Part shown: piece after piece, positions 1-13,481 of the stretch | How positions within the stretch are numbered: position 1 is the stretch's first letter | How the letters are laid out: every line of letters starts with the position of its first letter | Assembly (NCBI GenBank): GCA_002104945.1 | Contig: MCFH01000008.1 | Location: 1,054,001-1,118,000, forward strand | Source: Piromyces finnis finn | Taxonomy: Eukaryota > Fungi > Neocallimastigomycota | DNA: 64,000 bases | Direction of reading: 5' to 3' | Position numbers and translations under genes: made by a program | The notes under the pieces: model-generated | What the model was told of the DNA's origin: nothing | What the model saw: the letters and a program-made list of their open reading frames with translations, nothing else | The model's database searches: none

Positions 1-54
1 ATAAATATGAGCATTTTTTGATTTTTAACTCTCTTTTCTTTTACGTAATAATAG

Positions 55-308
55 CTGATTTAACATATATGGAAGACGGTAATCCAAATTTCATAGATAA
101 TAGAATCAACTTTACAAAAAGAAGTCTTATTTCAACATTAATCAGAGAAATACAACAATATCAATCAATACCATATACTGTTAAGCCAATTAAAGAATTA
201 CAACAATTACTTCAATTCCAAATATACTCTGAAGATTTAGAAAAAATGGAAAAGAGACTTTATGAAATAAGTCTTCAAAGAGAACCTCGTGTACAACAAC
301 AATCTTAA
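55..308 (+). CDS. Last exon of a RasGEF (CDC25-type) guanine nucleotide exchange factor; gene starts upstream of the window
   Basis: Acceptor TAG at 52-54, then DLTYMEDGNPNFIDNRINFTKRSLISTLIREIQQYQSIPY, matching the RasGEF C-terminal pattern DLTFIEEGNP..INFxK..I.EIQ.YQ..PY; stop at 306-308. Confidence 0.88.
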
Positions 309-1444
309 TAACAAAAATTATAATTAAAATTTTTTTTGATTTTTTCTAAAGCATTATTATATATCATTTTTTTATTTAATTTTTATTTAAAAGTCATTCT
401 AAAATTAAATAGTAATGTAAGAATAATATGATAATTAATCATTGATATTATAGTAAAGTTTTTTTTTTATGAAAGGAATCTATAATACTTTTATAATAAA
501 ATAATTATGACATTTTAATAAAATATTTTTATAATTATTAAAGTTTAAAATATCTTTTATTTTATTTTATATTTGTTAGTAATCATTTTTATATATTAAA
601 ATCTTTTTTTAATACATGGTTATATATACTCAAACCTTTTTTTTTAAACATCAAAATTATACAACTATATCAATATAAAAAATAAAAAACTATTTAAAAA
701 TTTATATTTTTAAAAAATTATTGATTTAAAATTTTAACTTCTAATAATGATTTTTATATAATAATTCTTTAGAAAGTTAAAATAAAAATAAAAAATGAAA
801 TTATTCATATTCCTCTTTATTATTATTTTATAATGAGTATTTTATTACTATTTTATTTAATCTTAACAATAGGCTTTAAGATTATCCAGTATTATTTTTA
901 TTTTTAATAAATTATAGTATTATAACATACTTTACATAACATTTTTTATCACACAAATAATCTAACCCTCTAATATAAAATAATAAAATGATGGCTAAGT
1001 AGATACTTTTAAAAGCTATTTTACAATAATTAATATTATAAAGAGAAATAAAAAATAAAAAATAAAAAAAATAAAAAAATTAAGCTCATTCAACTAAGTA
1101 TAATAAATTAAGAATTAAGAAAACTTAGTAAAAAATTAACCATATAATATTAAACGAGAATAATAATGCTTTGTAATCACTGATAAAAACAGGAAAATTA
1201 ATAAATGTAACAGAAAAATAATATAGCAGAAAAGAGTTATGAAATTCTAGTTAATTGGATTTACTTTTAAATATTTATTTAAGTTAACAATTAAAGGGAA
1301 AGATTCTAGTAACAATATAGAAAGCCATTTTGTAAGTATTAATTTATTTCTTTATCTATTAGAAGAATACAGCCTACAAAATGAATACTCAAGTAATATA
1401 TTTGAAGAATAAAAGTTTGATTCAAATTCAGACTATGATATTAC

Positions 1445-1797
1445 TAAACATTCCAATTTAAATAAATTAGATATAAATGAAAACCAATTAACTGAAATAT
1501 TTAAAAAAATCCAAAAATTTAGAAAAGTTATACATATTTAATTCAAAATACATTACTAAAAGAATTAGGAAATTTAACTAATTTAACTAATTCGACTTTT
1601 TGCTTTAATAATTAAGAAAAATTACCAAAAGAAATAGGAAAATTAGTCAATTTATCTGAACTAGATATATCTTATAAGTTAAAAGAATTACCAATAGAAG
1701 TAGGAAATTTATTCAACTTAATTAAATTAAATACTTTAATAATAATTTAAAATTTTTATTAAAAAATGTTAGAAAATTAGTCAATTTAGCAGATTAA
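1445..1797 (+). pseudogene. Decayed leucine-rich-repeat (LPxEIGxLxNL type) gene fragment
   Basis: Pieces SNLNKLDINENQLTEI / LLKELGNLTNLT..FNN*EKLPKEIGKLVNLSELDISYKLKELPIEVGNLFNLIKLN / FNNNLKFLLKNVRKLVNLAD*; in-frame TAA at 1613-1615 where Leu is expected, plus several frameshifts. Confidence 0.85.
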
Positions 1798-2434
1798 TTA
1801 AACAAGTGTTCATTATTAGATTGTAAAGGATTACTTGTTCTAGTTGTTGTTTTAATTTGAATAGCAGTTCCAGCTGTTCTTTCTCTTGAAGTTGTAGTTG
1901 TTGTACCAGGGATGTATTGAGAAAACTTTTTATTATTTTATTATTATTTTTTTTAATTATATTGTAAAGATTTTTATTTTTTTTGTTTGAATTATTTATT
2001 TATAAAATGTATTATAAAATTAAGAATATTTTATAATTGGAATTATTTTTAATATTTATAGTGGCATTGATAATGAAATTATTAACATATTTATAGTGAT
2101 GAATTTAAAATTAAAGTGAAAGTATAATGTAAAACATGAAAGAAGATTGTAAAATGTTGTTCTTAAATGATCTCCCACTCCATTTTGTCATACTGCTAAA
2201 TAATTATATGTAAAAATTTACCACAAACTTGTCTAATGTTGTTTGATAATAATACTATAGGATAAATTATTTATACAGTAATTTTAAAAAAAATTAAGAA
2301 ATTTACTATAAAATTCTGTATTTTAAGATTTACTAGTAAATGATTGGTTCTATATTCTAAAATAAAGTAGTATATATTAATATTTATTCTTTATACTTTT
2401 TTTTTAAATTTATATATTAATCCTAATAATAAAG

Positions 2435-3003
2435 ATGTCCTTAGCATCTCCATTTTTAATTGCCTCTGGTCTTGGTATGAGTTTTAGATAATTTTACTTT
2501 TATTTAATAATAAAATATATTCAATTTTTTTGTTTTTAATTTCAATTTGTTAATCCAATATTATTCAATAATTTATTAAAATTATCAATATAATAGTTGG
2601 TGCTGCAGTAGTTGGTAAAGTTGCTTACACTGCTATTGGTAATTCTTCTGCTAAATCAGTTAGTGGAGGTATTAAAGCCAGTAAATTTTACAAAGGAGGT
2701 TTTGATGCAAAATTAACTAAGCGTGAAGCTGTAAATATTGAATTGTTTTAATGAAAAAAATAATAATATCATATTTATCGTTTTAAAATGTTAATTAATA
2801 TCTTTTTATAAAATATTCATATAATATAATAATACAATCGATAGGCATTAATTTTGGGTGTAAGAGAAAATGTCAGTAAAGAAAAATTAAAAGATGCTCA
2901 TAGAAAGATTATGTTATTAAATCACCCAGATAGAGGAGGTTCACCATATATTGCTACTAAGATTAACGAAGCCAAAGAATTACTCGATAAAACCGCTCGT
3001 TAA
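2435..3003 (+). CDS. PAM18: Mitochondrial import motor J-protein Pam18/Tim14 (DNAJC19-like); exons 2435-2474, 2597-2730, 2845-3003
   Basis: Spliced product [24 protein letters not shown]...[62 protein letters not shown]; HPD motif; GT-AG introns in phase; missed by the ORF track. Confidence 0.96.
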
Positions 3004-3721
3004 TTTATTAAATATTTTTATTTATTGAAGAAAAATAATCATCTTAAAAATCTATTTAATGTTAATCTTTAAGTAAAAATGAATTAATATTCCAGAATAA
3101 TGAGAAAAAAAAAAAAAAAAAAAGAAGAAATAAGAAATAATAATATAATAAACATCAATATAAATAATAGAATCTTAAAAAGTATTTTCAACGTGAATAA
3201 TCATACAATTATTAAAAAAATATCAGTTTAATATCATTATTATCAAAAATACAATTAAAATAATAATGATTACAATAAAGAATAATAATAATAAATATAA
3301 AATTCATAAATATTAAACAATTTGTAAAATTATATATCCATACAAAAAACAATATATGATATTATTTTAAATTATTTATTAATAAATTAATAATATTGAA
3401 TAATTAAATTTATTTTGTTTTCATTTATATATAATGTAATTTTATATATTTAATTTATTTAATTATATTTTTATTATAATAATAACTATTAAATATATTA
3501 TTGTGTAATATTAATGAAGTGAAAATATAACGTAATTAAAAATCCAGGTTTTTCCTTTTTTTTTTTTTTTTTTGTTAATAAATTTAACATTTTGTAAAAG
3601 TTTAGAATATTTGAATAGTATATTTAATAGATAAACTTTTTATTTTAATTTTTTTTTTTATTACTAATCCGTGATATAACTATTATTACTAGATATTTTA
3701 TAATATTCTAGTATATATCGT

Positions 3722-5695
3722 TTATACTAATATGTGATTTTCTTTAGCCCATTTTTTCATAACTCTAATGATATATTCAACTTGTGGATTAGAAGTATTG
3801 CGAATCATAGTAATAATATCACGGAATAAATCTTTTGGTTCTTGTCCTAATACAATTTTCTGGAATACACCAATACATGCACCTCTTTTACCTTCCCAAT
3901 ATTCAGGATTTGGATCTAATCTTTCAAGAACATCAAATGCTTTTGCGGCATAGTAATAATATTGCATCTAATATTAATTATTATCATATTTTTTTAAATA
4001 ATATTTGTTAATATTATAGTAATAATCTTTCTATAATTATAAATGCGTCTAAATATTTTAAAAAGAAATACTTTATAGCAGTCATTAGCAATGAGTTGTA
4101 GTAAACTGAATGATTCACTTGATGTTTCCATCTTTAAATATAATTCCCATGCCTGACGTGGCTTTTTATTCATTATATCTTTATATTAAAGTTAAATTGT
4201 AAAAATAAATTTCAATTATTTTATATACATTGGGATATATCTATTTTTTATATATTAATATATATAATATTTATGTAGAATTAATTTATTTACAGCATCT
4301 TGCTAAGTGACTTAAATAAGTATATTCATTCTTTATTTTTTCACTTTGAATCATTAAAAATACTTCTTCTGCTTCTTCATATGCTCCAGTTGCTACTTTA
4401 GCTTGAGCATAGTTATAATTAAAAGTATCATCATTATAAAAGTAACCCTATTATAGGTATATTAATATAAAATTTAGTTTTTACTGTTAATAAAGTAATA
4501 TAACAATTCTTTTTTTTTTTTTTTTTATTTTGAATTAAGATATAAATAGATTATTAAAAGTTTTATATAAATTAGATACATACTTTAATAGAATTTAAAT
4601 AAATTAATACATCATCAAATTGTTTAAGTAAGAAGAAACAAGATACCATACATTGTCTTCCAGGTATTGTATCACATTCACTAGCTGAACCTCCAACTAG
4701 TTGGAAATATTGTTGTGCTATTTTAAGATGTTCTCGTGATTCTTGCTCTTGACCTAAAACTGAATTTACAATACCTTTTAATATATATTCTTGAGGAGTA
4801 CTGGGTTCAAAATTTTTCATTAAATTAAATGCAGAGAAGATATCATCATTTTTTAAATAATAAATAATTAAGTTTAATCTTGCTTCTGGAACAACATCTA
4901 ATAATGGTGGAAATACTTGTAATGCACCTTCTCCATTTCTAAATACAGCCTTTTTTCATTTATATTCAATTAAATTTAAATGATATATTTAATGTAAAAA
5001 GTTTAAAAATGGTTATATATTTATATATTTATTGTAATTATATATTATTTATATTGTATTACAGTATTATGTTTTATTAAATCCTCAGCAAATTTAAATT
5101 GTGAACTAGTTTTCTCAGTTAATACTTTCATTTCTGCTTCAGCAGCTTTTCCATTATATAATTTGAAATGATTACAAGCTTTTAAATTTAAAGCAGTTAC
5201 ACTATCTGGATAATGCTGTAAATATATTGAAATAACTTCTTGGGAAACATCATAATAATCTAATTTGTAATAACATAATGCAACATAAACATTTATAGCA
5301 TAATAATCTCTATTATTTAAAATAAATTTTAATAAATAAATGTTAAAATTAATTAATTAATTTAAGAATTATTATTTTTTTTTTTAAGCTACCTATTTTC
5401 TAATAATATTCTTTTATATATATCAATAGCTTCTTGATAATGACTTCTTAAATAGTGAATTGAAGCTAAACATAACTATTAAAAAGGATAGATATAACAA
5501 AATTACAGTTAATTAATTATTATATTAATCTAGATCATTAATTATATATAATTAATCATATATACTTGATCTTCAATAACATCTTGTAAATTATGATGAT
5601 AACTCATTAATCTCTTTTCATCATTAAATTTATGTGACAAATGAAATAATAAACGATTTTGCAATTTGCATGTTGGTCCTACATAAATATATTGA

Positions 5696-5740
<45 letters not shown>

Positions 5741-6579
5741 TGCTTAATATTAAGTATAATATTATTATAAATAAATATTATAATAATTGGTGATTATCAA
5801 TAAAAATACCTTTTTGTGCAGCTTTATCCGCTTCTTCATATAATCCTAAGAAAAAGTAACAACAACCGAGATATAAATATATCAAAGGATCACAATTTGG
5901 ATCTTTTGTCATATTTAAATAAATCTATAAATATTATTAAATTAATAATAGTAAAAATATTTTATATTACATCAATTATTATGATATATAATATGTATTG
6001 TATCTTTTATATATTATTGAAAATTTAAAAAAAAAAATTAGTTAATATTTTTTTGGTAATTTATAATTTATAAATACCTCCATTGCTTTTTTATAATCTC
6101 CTAAATGAAAAGCTGAATAACCAATCCATAAATCAATTGTATTTTCATTAATTAACCCACTATCAGAAAAATTTGAAAGATTATTAAGTAAATTATTATT
6201 TCCAGGTCTATTATCATTATTATTAAGATTAGCTTTAATAAACTGATTCAAATGAAAAATTATTAGTGAAGGAGAAAGTGACGTTTTTTTATTTTTTTAA
6301 AAATAAGAGTGTAAGTTTATATATTTATTAATTGATTAATAATAATCACATACTTCTAGTAAAGTTAAAGCTCCAACATAATCACGCTGGTCAATAAATG
6401 ATTCTATCTTTGGAATTTTACTATTTTTTTTATCATTTAAAGAGGTATTCGATTGCTCTACAGCTGGTTTAACTCTTGATAGCATCTGTTTTTTTAATTT
6501 TTAATTATTAAAAGAATTAGTCATTTATTCCTTTTTTCTTTTTGTTATAAATTCATTATTAGTATTGTATTATTACCAT
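3722..6579 (-). CDS. IFT56: Intraflagellar transport protein 56 (TPR protein TTC26/DYF-13), multi-exon
   Basis: Exons translate to [107 protein letters not shown], collinear with TTC26 as I know it. Confidence 0.97.
5692..5741. repeat. (AAT)n microsatellite in an IFT56 intron
   Basis: About 15 consecutive aat units. Confidence 0.85.
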
Positions 6580-7078
6580 TTTGGTAAATTATATTTATCT
6601 ATTTAAATTAAATGAAGCAATAAAAAAAGAGAATGTTTATTGTTATTACAATTTAAATTATCTCAAATAAAAAAAAAAAGTTTTATTAAAATTAAAAATA
6701 AGTTTTAAGCCAGATTTTGAAAAAGAAAATAAATTAAAAAATGAAATTTTATTTGTAAATAATATTTAATTAAAAATTATAATAAATTTTAAAACTTTAA
6801 TTTTTTTTTTTTTTTTTTTGAAGAAATTAAAATATAAAAAAATTATTTTTAAAAAAAAAATAAATATAATTTATATATATTTTATTAATTGGTAATTTTT
6901 TATTTATAATTTTTATGGTTAAATCATAGTTTTAAATGTGTTACTGTTACATATATAATTTTTTATATAAAAATAATAATTTTTAAATATAATAATAGTA
7001 TTAATCAAAATATGTTGTCTATTTTGTGATAAATGATGAGCCTATTTAAATTGTAATATATTGAATAATTTGTGGAAT

Positions 7079-8640
7079 TTAATCTTTAATACGTAATCTA
7101 TCTAATACTTCATTATTAAGATTAGATACTGCTTGGTTTTCTTCTTCTTGAGTAGCATTATAAGCAATATGTTGTTGATTCATTGGATTATCTGGTGATT
7201 TCTTCCATCTCTTTTGAAGCATTTGTTTTAATTGAGTTCTTCTTAAATGTGGATTTTCCTCCTTTAAAATAGGTAAAGTTTTTTCTTCAAATATAGCGTA
7301 GGCAGACTTAACACGTCTTTCTGGATGTCTATCAATTTTATTATTATTGTTGTTATTATTACCAGAACTTTCTTCTGGTTCATTAATTGCAGACATCAAA
7401 TCTAAAGCATTATCAATTCCAGAAGCACCAAATTCTTCAGTCTTTTGTTGACCGAATTTTGGTAAACTATCAGTACTACTAGAATTGGAATTGTAATAAT
7501 TGGCTCTTCTTTGGAATTTTCTTGCGTCTTCTTTAATATTTCCTCTAATCTTTGATTTGGATAATTCTTCTTCTTCTTGTCTCTATAATACATTTCATTT
7601 TGATTAATGGATATAAAGCATAATTTCAAATAAGAATTTGCTACGAAAATGTTATTTTTTATTATTAATAATAAATATATATTTTCTTACTAAAAGTTCG
7701 GCATTTTGTTGCTTCTTTAATAATTGTTCTTGCTAATAATAAAAAGTAAAAGAAACAATATATAAATTGTTTTTAAATTAATATATTTCATTTTAATTAT
7801 ATTGAAATCACATTTTTTAATTTAAGATTCGAATTGACATTTCGAATTAAAAATAAATTTTAAACAAGATTTTCATAAATTTTTATTATTCTATTATACT
7901 ATAATTATATTTTTTATTTTTATTTTTTCATATTATATTTTATTTTTATACTCTTTTCTTTTCGGCTAATAACTTTTTGCTTTGATCTTTAGCACCTTTT
8001 GACCATTCAAGAGCTATTATTATTTTTTAAATATTTATATTTATGAATATTATGATAAGTGATTGTTATTTATGAAAATGAAATTATTCACATTTTCATA
8101 GCTAATAAAGTAATATAAAGATTTTTTCTTTTTTTTTCTTTTTTATTTAATTTCTTTATTTTTTTATTATTACAAATATTAATAATAAATTTTTAATGAA
8201 TAACCTTCTTCTCTTTCTTTTTGTTCAGCAATAAGTCTATCTTTTTCAGCCTTAACTTTTGCTTTTCTTTCATTAGCAGCAGCAACTATTATTTTTTTTT
8301 TTTTAGTTTAAGTTTTAATTATAAATAAAACAATATTATTTTAATTTTTCTTTCTTTCTTTCTTTTTTTTTTCTTTCTTTTTTTTTTTATAATATTTTTG
8401 ATTAAAATTTTAAATTATTATAAATTTAAAAAATATAAATTGAAAATTTTCAAAATATACTTATAAAATAATTATATAATAAACAATAAACATTATTTAA
8501 TATATAGCTTTTGAAAGAACAAAATATTAAAATTAAACTTTTGATAAGTATATATTAACATAAAAAATAAATAAATAATAATAATTATGTAATTTTTTCG
8601 TAATACCTTTTGAATTAACTCCTTTGAATTTCTTTGCCAT
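7079..8640 (-). CDS. CCDC124: CCDC124/Lso2/Oxs1-family protein (DUF1014; ribosome-associated), multi-exon
   Basis: Exon 1 MAKKFKGVNSK (ATG 8640), Lys/Glu-rich coiled-coil exons, C-terminal IDRHPERRVKSAYAIFEE..LPILKEENPHLRRTQLKQMLQKRWKKSPDNPMNQ signature. Confidence 0.93.
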
Positions 8641-9122
8641 TTTTATATCTTTAAATATATATTGTATTTTGAATAAATTATATTATTGAGAGTTAATTGA
8701 ATATATATAAGTCTTGCATTCAATTGTAATATATATAAAAAATAAATTACTTACATTATTAGATGAAGCTATTAATAAAATATAAAACTTAAATGTTTGT
8801 AGGTATAATTCAATTTTATAGTAAATTTAGGATATGATTGGTTAAAATCAATAATTTCTATAGAAATAATCAAATATTATATTATTTATTATTTATTATT
8901 AATTTATTTATTTATTTATTTTATTATTCTCTTTATAATAATTTTTAAAAATTTCATTGATTTCTAATATTTTATTTTAAATTGTTAAATTTATTTCATA
9001 AAATAATTTATACATTTATTAATTAAATAATATAAAGACTAAATAAGTAATAAAAATATTTTTCATTTCTATAGCTTTATAAAATTATATTATTATTCTA
9101 TTAAAATAATTCAATTATTTTC

Positions 9123-12100
9123 TTATGAGTCTGGGTCAAAAATGGCATAACAATTTGATAGTATAACTTCAACAACTTTACATTGATATTTCATATCAAT
9201 AAATTGATCTGCTTCTGGTCCGTCAGATTTAGTTGAACTACAACTACCGAATAATGTAGGACCCCATATAATAGATAAGTTTGATATTCCCATTTTATTA
9301 ACTTTTTGATTAGCTGATACTCTGGTAATAGTAATAAATGGTATTATTATTTTATAAATAATTAATAAATGGGTTTTAATAATTATTTAAAATACCCTTT
9401 AAAAATTTACCTGTCTAAATGAGCTATCAAATATCTTAATGTTAAGTAATTTGGATCTGGTAATCTATTAACCAATTCATGTATTTCTACTAGTCTCTTT
9501 CTATCATCATCAGTTTCTACATTTTATTTTAAAATTAAAAATCGAAAAAGAAAAATTAAATTAAATGTTATATAATAAAAATTATATGGATTAAATAAAT
9601 TTAAAAGTAATAAATGATATTTACTTGATGCTTCAATAAATTCATTGTATAATTCTTGTGTAAATAATGAATCAGGAAGTTCTCTAAAGTACAATTTAAG
9701 TACCCCTGTAACATTATTAAGAGTATCTTGAACATTCGAATCTTCTGCAAGAACTACTTGACTGGCATCTCTATCAAATTGTGTTCTCAATTTCTGAATA
9801 GCAGAATTGGAACCAGATAATCTGTAAACACCAACTGTGTTTAATCCTATAATATATACAGATAAATTCAATGTTAATAAAGAAACCATAAGTAGAGAAT
9901 TTTATATAAAAGTAAATTAGTATAAATTATTTACCATATCTTTCGATAAAGTATGCACATTTATTTAAAATTTCTGGAATTTCAGTATTATCTCTTGCAA
10001 GTTGTTCAGATAAACTGACACCGAATATGGTTTTTGGATGAATAATAGAATATGTTTCTGGTTGCTAATTATATAAAAAAATATTTTACAAATGTTAATG
10101 TTAAAAAAAGTCATATAAAAATGATGTCGAAAAAATATTATATACCATTTTGTATTCACTGAATGGGATATCGTTCTTTTCGAACTTTGTTCCTTTAAAT
10201 AATGGTTTTCTAACATATTCAATAAAGTCACCAGCATTATCAATTTTTTGAATGATTTTTCTTAAACCTTGAGCTTTAAAAAAAAAGAAAATAAAAAAAT
10301 ATTAAATTTGATATTTCTAGAATTTTTTTTATTTAATAAAATAAATAGCAATCAAATAATATTTAAATCGATTGTAATAAATTTTTAAATAAAATACCTT
10401 CATTTAATGGACTAATAGTTGTAGCATCTGACATTAATGCATTTTCATAATCAAGAGAATATTTTCCAAGATTGTATTGTAATGTATTGTCACATTCATC
10501 ATTAGCTTCTTTTAATGACTTTTATAAATTAATATAGAAAGAAATTTAATATTTTATATATAATACGTAATACGAAATAGAATATAATCATTATTATTAT
10601 TGTTATTTTAAAATACTTTTAAAATTCTAGGTAAATTATTTCTAAAGAATTCTCTTCTAATAGTATTTGTACTAATTAATTGAACTTTGAAAGCTTCATT
10701 TGCTTGAGCAGCCTTATTTCTAGTTTCATCTTCATTCTTTTGAAGCTGATAATTATATAATATTAATAATTAATTTCATTATAAGTATCATAATCATAAT
10801 ATCTTTATATAATATACAATTATTATAATACTATCGATATTTACTTTTGTTGGGTTAACAGTATTTTTACTAAATAATGACTTTTTCCTAATTGTATTAT
10901 ATCCATTTACTTGGTTTGACATACTAACATTACCATAATGCTCGACAAATTGTCTTTCTTTTTCTAAAATTGCTTCTTCCCATGCTTCACTGCAGGTTTC
11001 ATACTTGATCTTTGCCTAATGTATTTATATTTTTTAAAAGAAATTATACGATGATAAATATATAATTTCTTTTTATTAATTATTCTATACATTACTATTA
11101 TTATATACCTTTTCTAACAATGATTCAGAATCAATAACAGCTTTTTGATGCTTCAATCCGGCTTCTTTTAACTATTTTTAACAAAATAGCGAATTTAAAA
11201 AATTATTAATTTCATATTCATTCAAAATTAAAGACAATTAATAGTTCTTATATACCTGTTTTCTACTTCTTTCAGTATTTTTTAAAAGAGTGAATAAATT
11301 ATCTGTAACAGTACCTATTGATTCAGCAAATTTTAAACGATTATTACCAATTTTTTCATGTAGTTCAATAAATTGATTCCAGCTATCATTATATGAACTT
11401 CATATATTATTTAAATTAAATTTTAATATTTTTAATTTATAAAAATTTATTATTTTTTTTATTATAGTCTTTGTCAAAATTTGTAATTAAATATACCCTT
11501 GCTTATTGAAAATTTTTTCTTTTCCAGTATTTTCAAATGTAGTTTGACATAATTTTAACATAGCTTTACCATATTCTTCTTCAATAATTGCTCTCTTTTT
11601 TAAGAACGCTATTGCATCCTTCATTTATTTAATGGCAATATTATATATTTAAGTGAATGCATATTTATTTATATGAAAGATTAACAAAAAAAAAAAAAAA
11701 AAGATTTATTTTTTATGATTATTATACCTTGCATGAATTTGTATTTTGTTTAACTCTATCAAGAATAACTTGGAAACCATTTTCAATTTCACATAAAGCT
11801 TGAATAATCCATTCACTTTCACTTGATTGTGTATTTTTCTTTTCGGTAACATTATTATCATTTAAGACATTTAAATCAATTATACCATTATTTTCATTTG
11901 ATTTGTTGTACATATTATTATCTTCAATAGACTTAGTACTTTGATTTAAAGTAGTTGAAGATGAAACTTGATTAACCGATGGATATATATTTTGTTTTAT
12001 TTGACTTATATTAATACTTCCAATACTAGTACTTGTTGGTGCTCTTGAAGATCTACTTCTTCTATGACATGAAATATTTTTTTCTTCATCTGGCAAATTG

Positions 12101-12246
12101 AATATTTCAGGTCCACTTACACTTTTAGTTTTTTTATGTTTTGTTTTTTTTAAACTCATTCCAGAAATGGTACCTGTTCCTTTTGTCATTAATGATGCTA
12201 TTTCAGCATTATTTAATGGACATGCTATGGGATCTTGTGTTTCCAT
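9123..12246 (-). CDS. F-BAR + RhoGAP protein (fungal Rgd1-like), multi-exon
   Basis: F-BAR: NGFQVILDRVKQNTNSCK|DAIAFLKKRAIIEEEYGKAMLKL; RhoGAP: IFGVSL..IPEILNKCAYFIERYG|LNTVGVYRLSG (Arg finger), VTGVLKLYFRELPDSLF, NKMGISNLSIIWGPTL; stop 9123-9125. Confidence 0.9.
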
Positions 12247-12788
12247 ATTTTATTTGAATATATATATTAGTTACTTTTATTTTTTATTGTTAAAAAATTA
12301 AATGATTTTATATCAATAATTATGATATGAATATTGTATATAACTAATAAAAAAAAACTAATATTTTTTTATTAAATAAACTGTTCAAAATTTGATAATT
12401 AAACAAAATGAGAATAATGAAAAAACCTTCAAAAAATTATATTAATCTAAAATGATATATTTAAATTTAAAATTAGATTAATTCACCAAATTGTTAGCCA
12501 AATCTATTATTAATCTAAATTTTATTATTAATTATTTTTTCTTTGCATAATATAAATTAAAAAAGTTAATATAAATAAATAAATTCTCTCTTTGCAATTT
12601 TTTCAATTATATAAATTTTCAGGTTATGTGATACATTTTTCCTAAATTAAAATTATATTCTTTTTTTATTATTTTATTTCATTAAATAATTATTTAACTT
12701 TTTTTTTCAAAGTTTTAATGTTATGGCTTTACAAAACAAAATATCATATTTTTTTTTTTTCATCAAATTTCAAATCAAAAGCAAATGT

Positions 12789-12822
<34 letters not shown>

Positions 12823-13481
12823 CTCAAAACATAAACTATTCCTCTATATATTAAAACAAAACAAAACAAAACATACACACCCGCACACACATACAAAAAA
12901 AAAAAAAAGAAAACAATATAAAATGTGCTTTTCTCTTTTCTTTATTTGATTTAATTATTTATTAGCGGTATATTTATAAATTTTAATATTGTTATTTTAC
13001 TTATTATAGTTTTTATTTATATGTTAACTTTAAATTTATATATAGTACAGAGTATTAAAATTATTGTATTTAACCAATTAATCCTTTATACTTTTACGCT
13101 TTTACATTTATATTATTAATTCAATTTATTTATTGCTTTCTTTTATTAGGATGTATGAACCATTAACCATTCTTTTAAATACCTAAATTACTTTTTTACT
13201 TTAATAGTTTAATTTATGATTGTACATACTTTTAAAATTTATAAAATATATTTTGTTTATTAAATATATATTAAATATTGTAACATTAAAATTTTTTAAA
13301 AAAAAATAATTTTCTTTTTTTTTTTTTTTTTTTTTTAAAATTTTAATAATAATAAAAGATAAGAAAAATAAATAATGATTAATAACTAATAAAAGAGAAA
13401 AAAAAAAAAAAAACATTTCTTTTTTTTTTTATTCCCAGGAAAATAATAAAATATTTTATAAAATAGTAAAGTTTAAAATAA

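Noticed and set aside
795-833. Signal-peptide-like MKLFIFLFIIIL* as the start of the LRR gene
   Set aside because: Stops after 12 codons and cannot be linked confidently to the LRR remnant
2060-2370. Exon-like fragments on the minus strand upstream of PAM18
   Set aside because: No ATG, implied introns too short (26 nt), no recognisable protein
5972-6004. Exon-like piece (aag|[11 protein letters not shown]|gt) inside an IFT56 intron
   Set aside because: Flanking exons already align continuously with TTC26 without it
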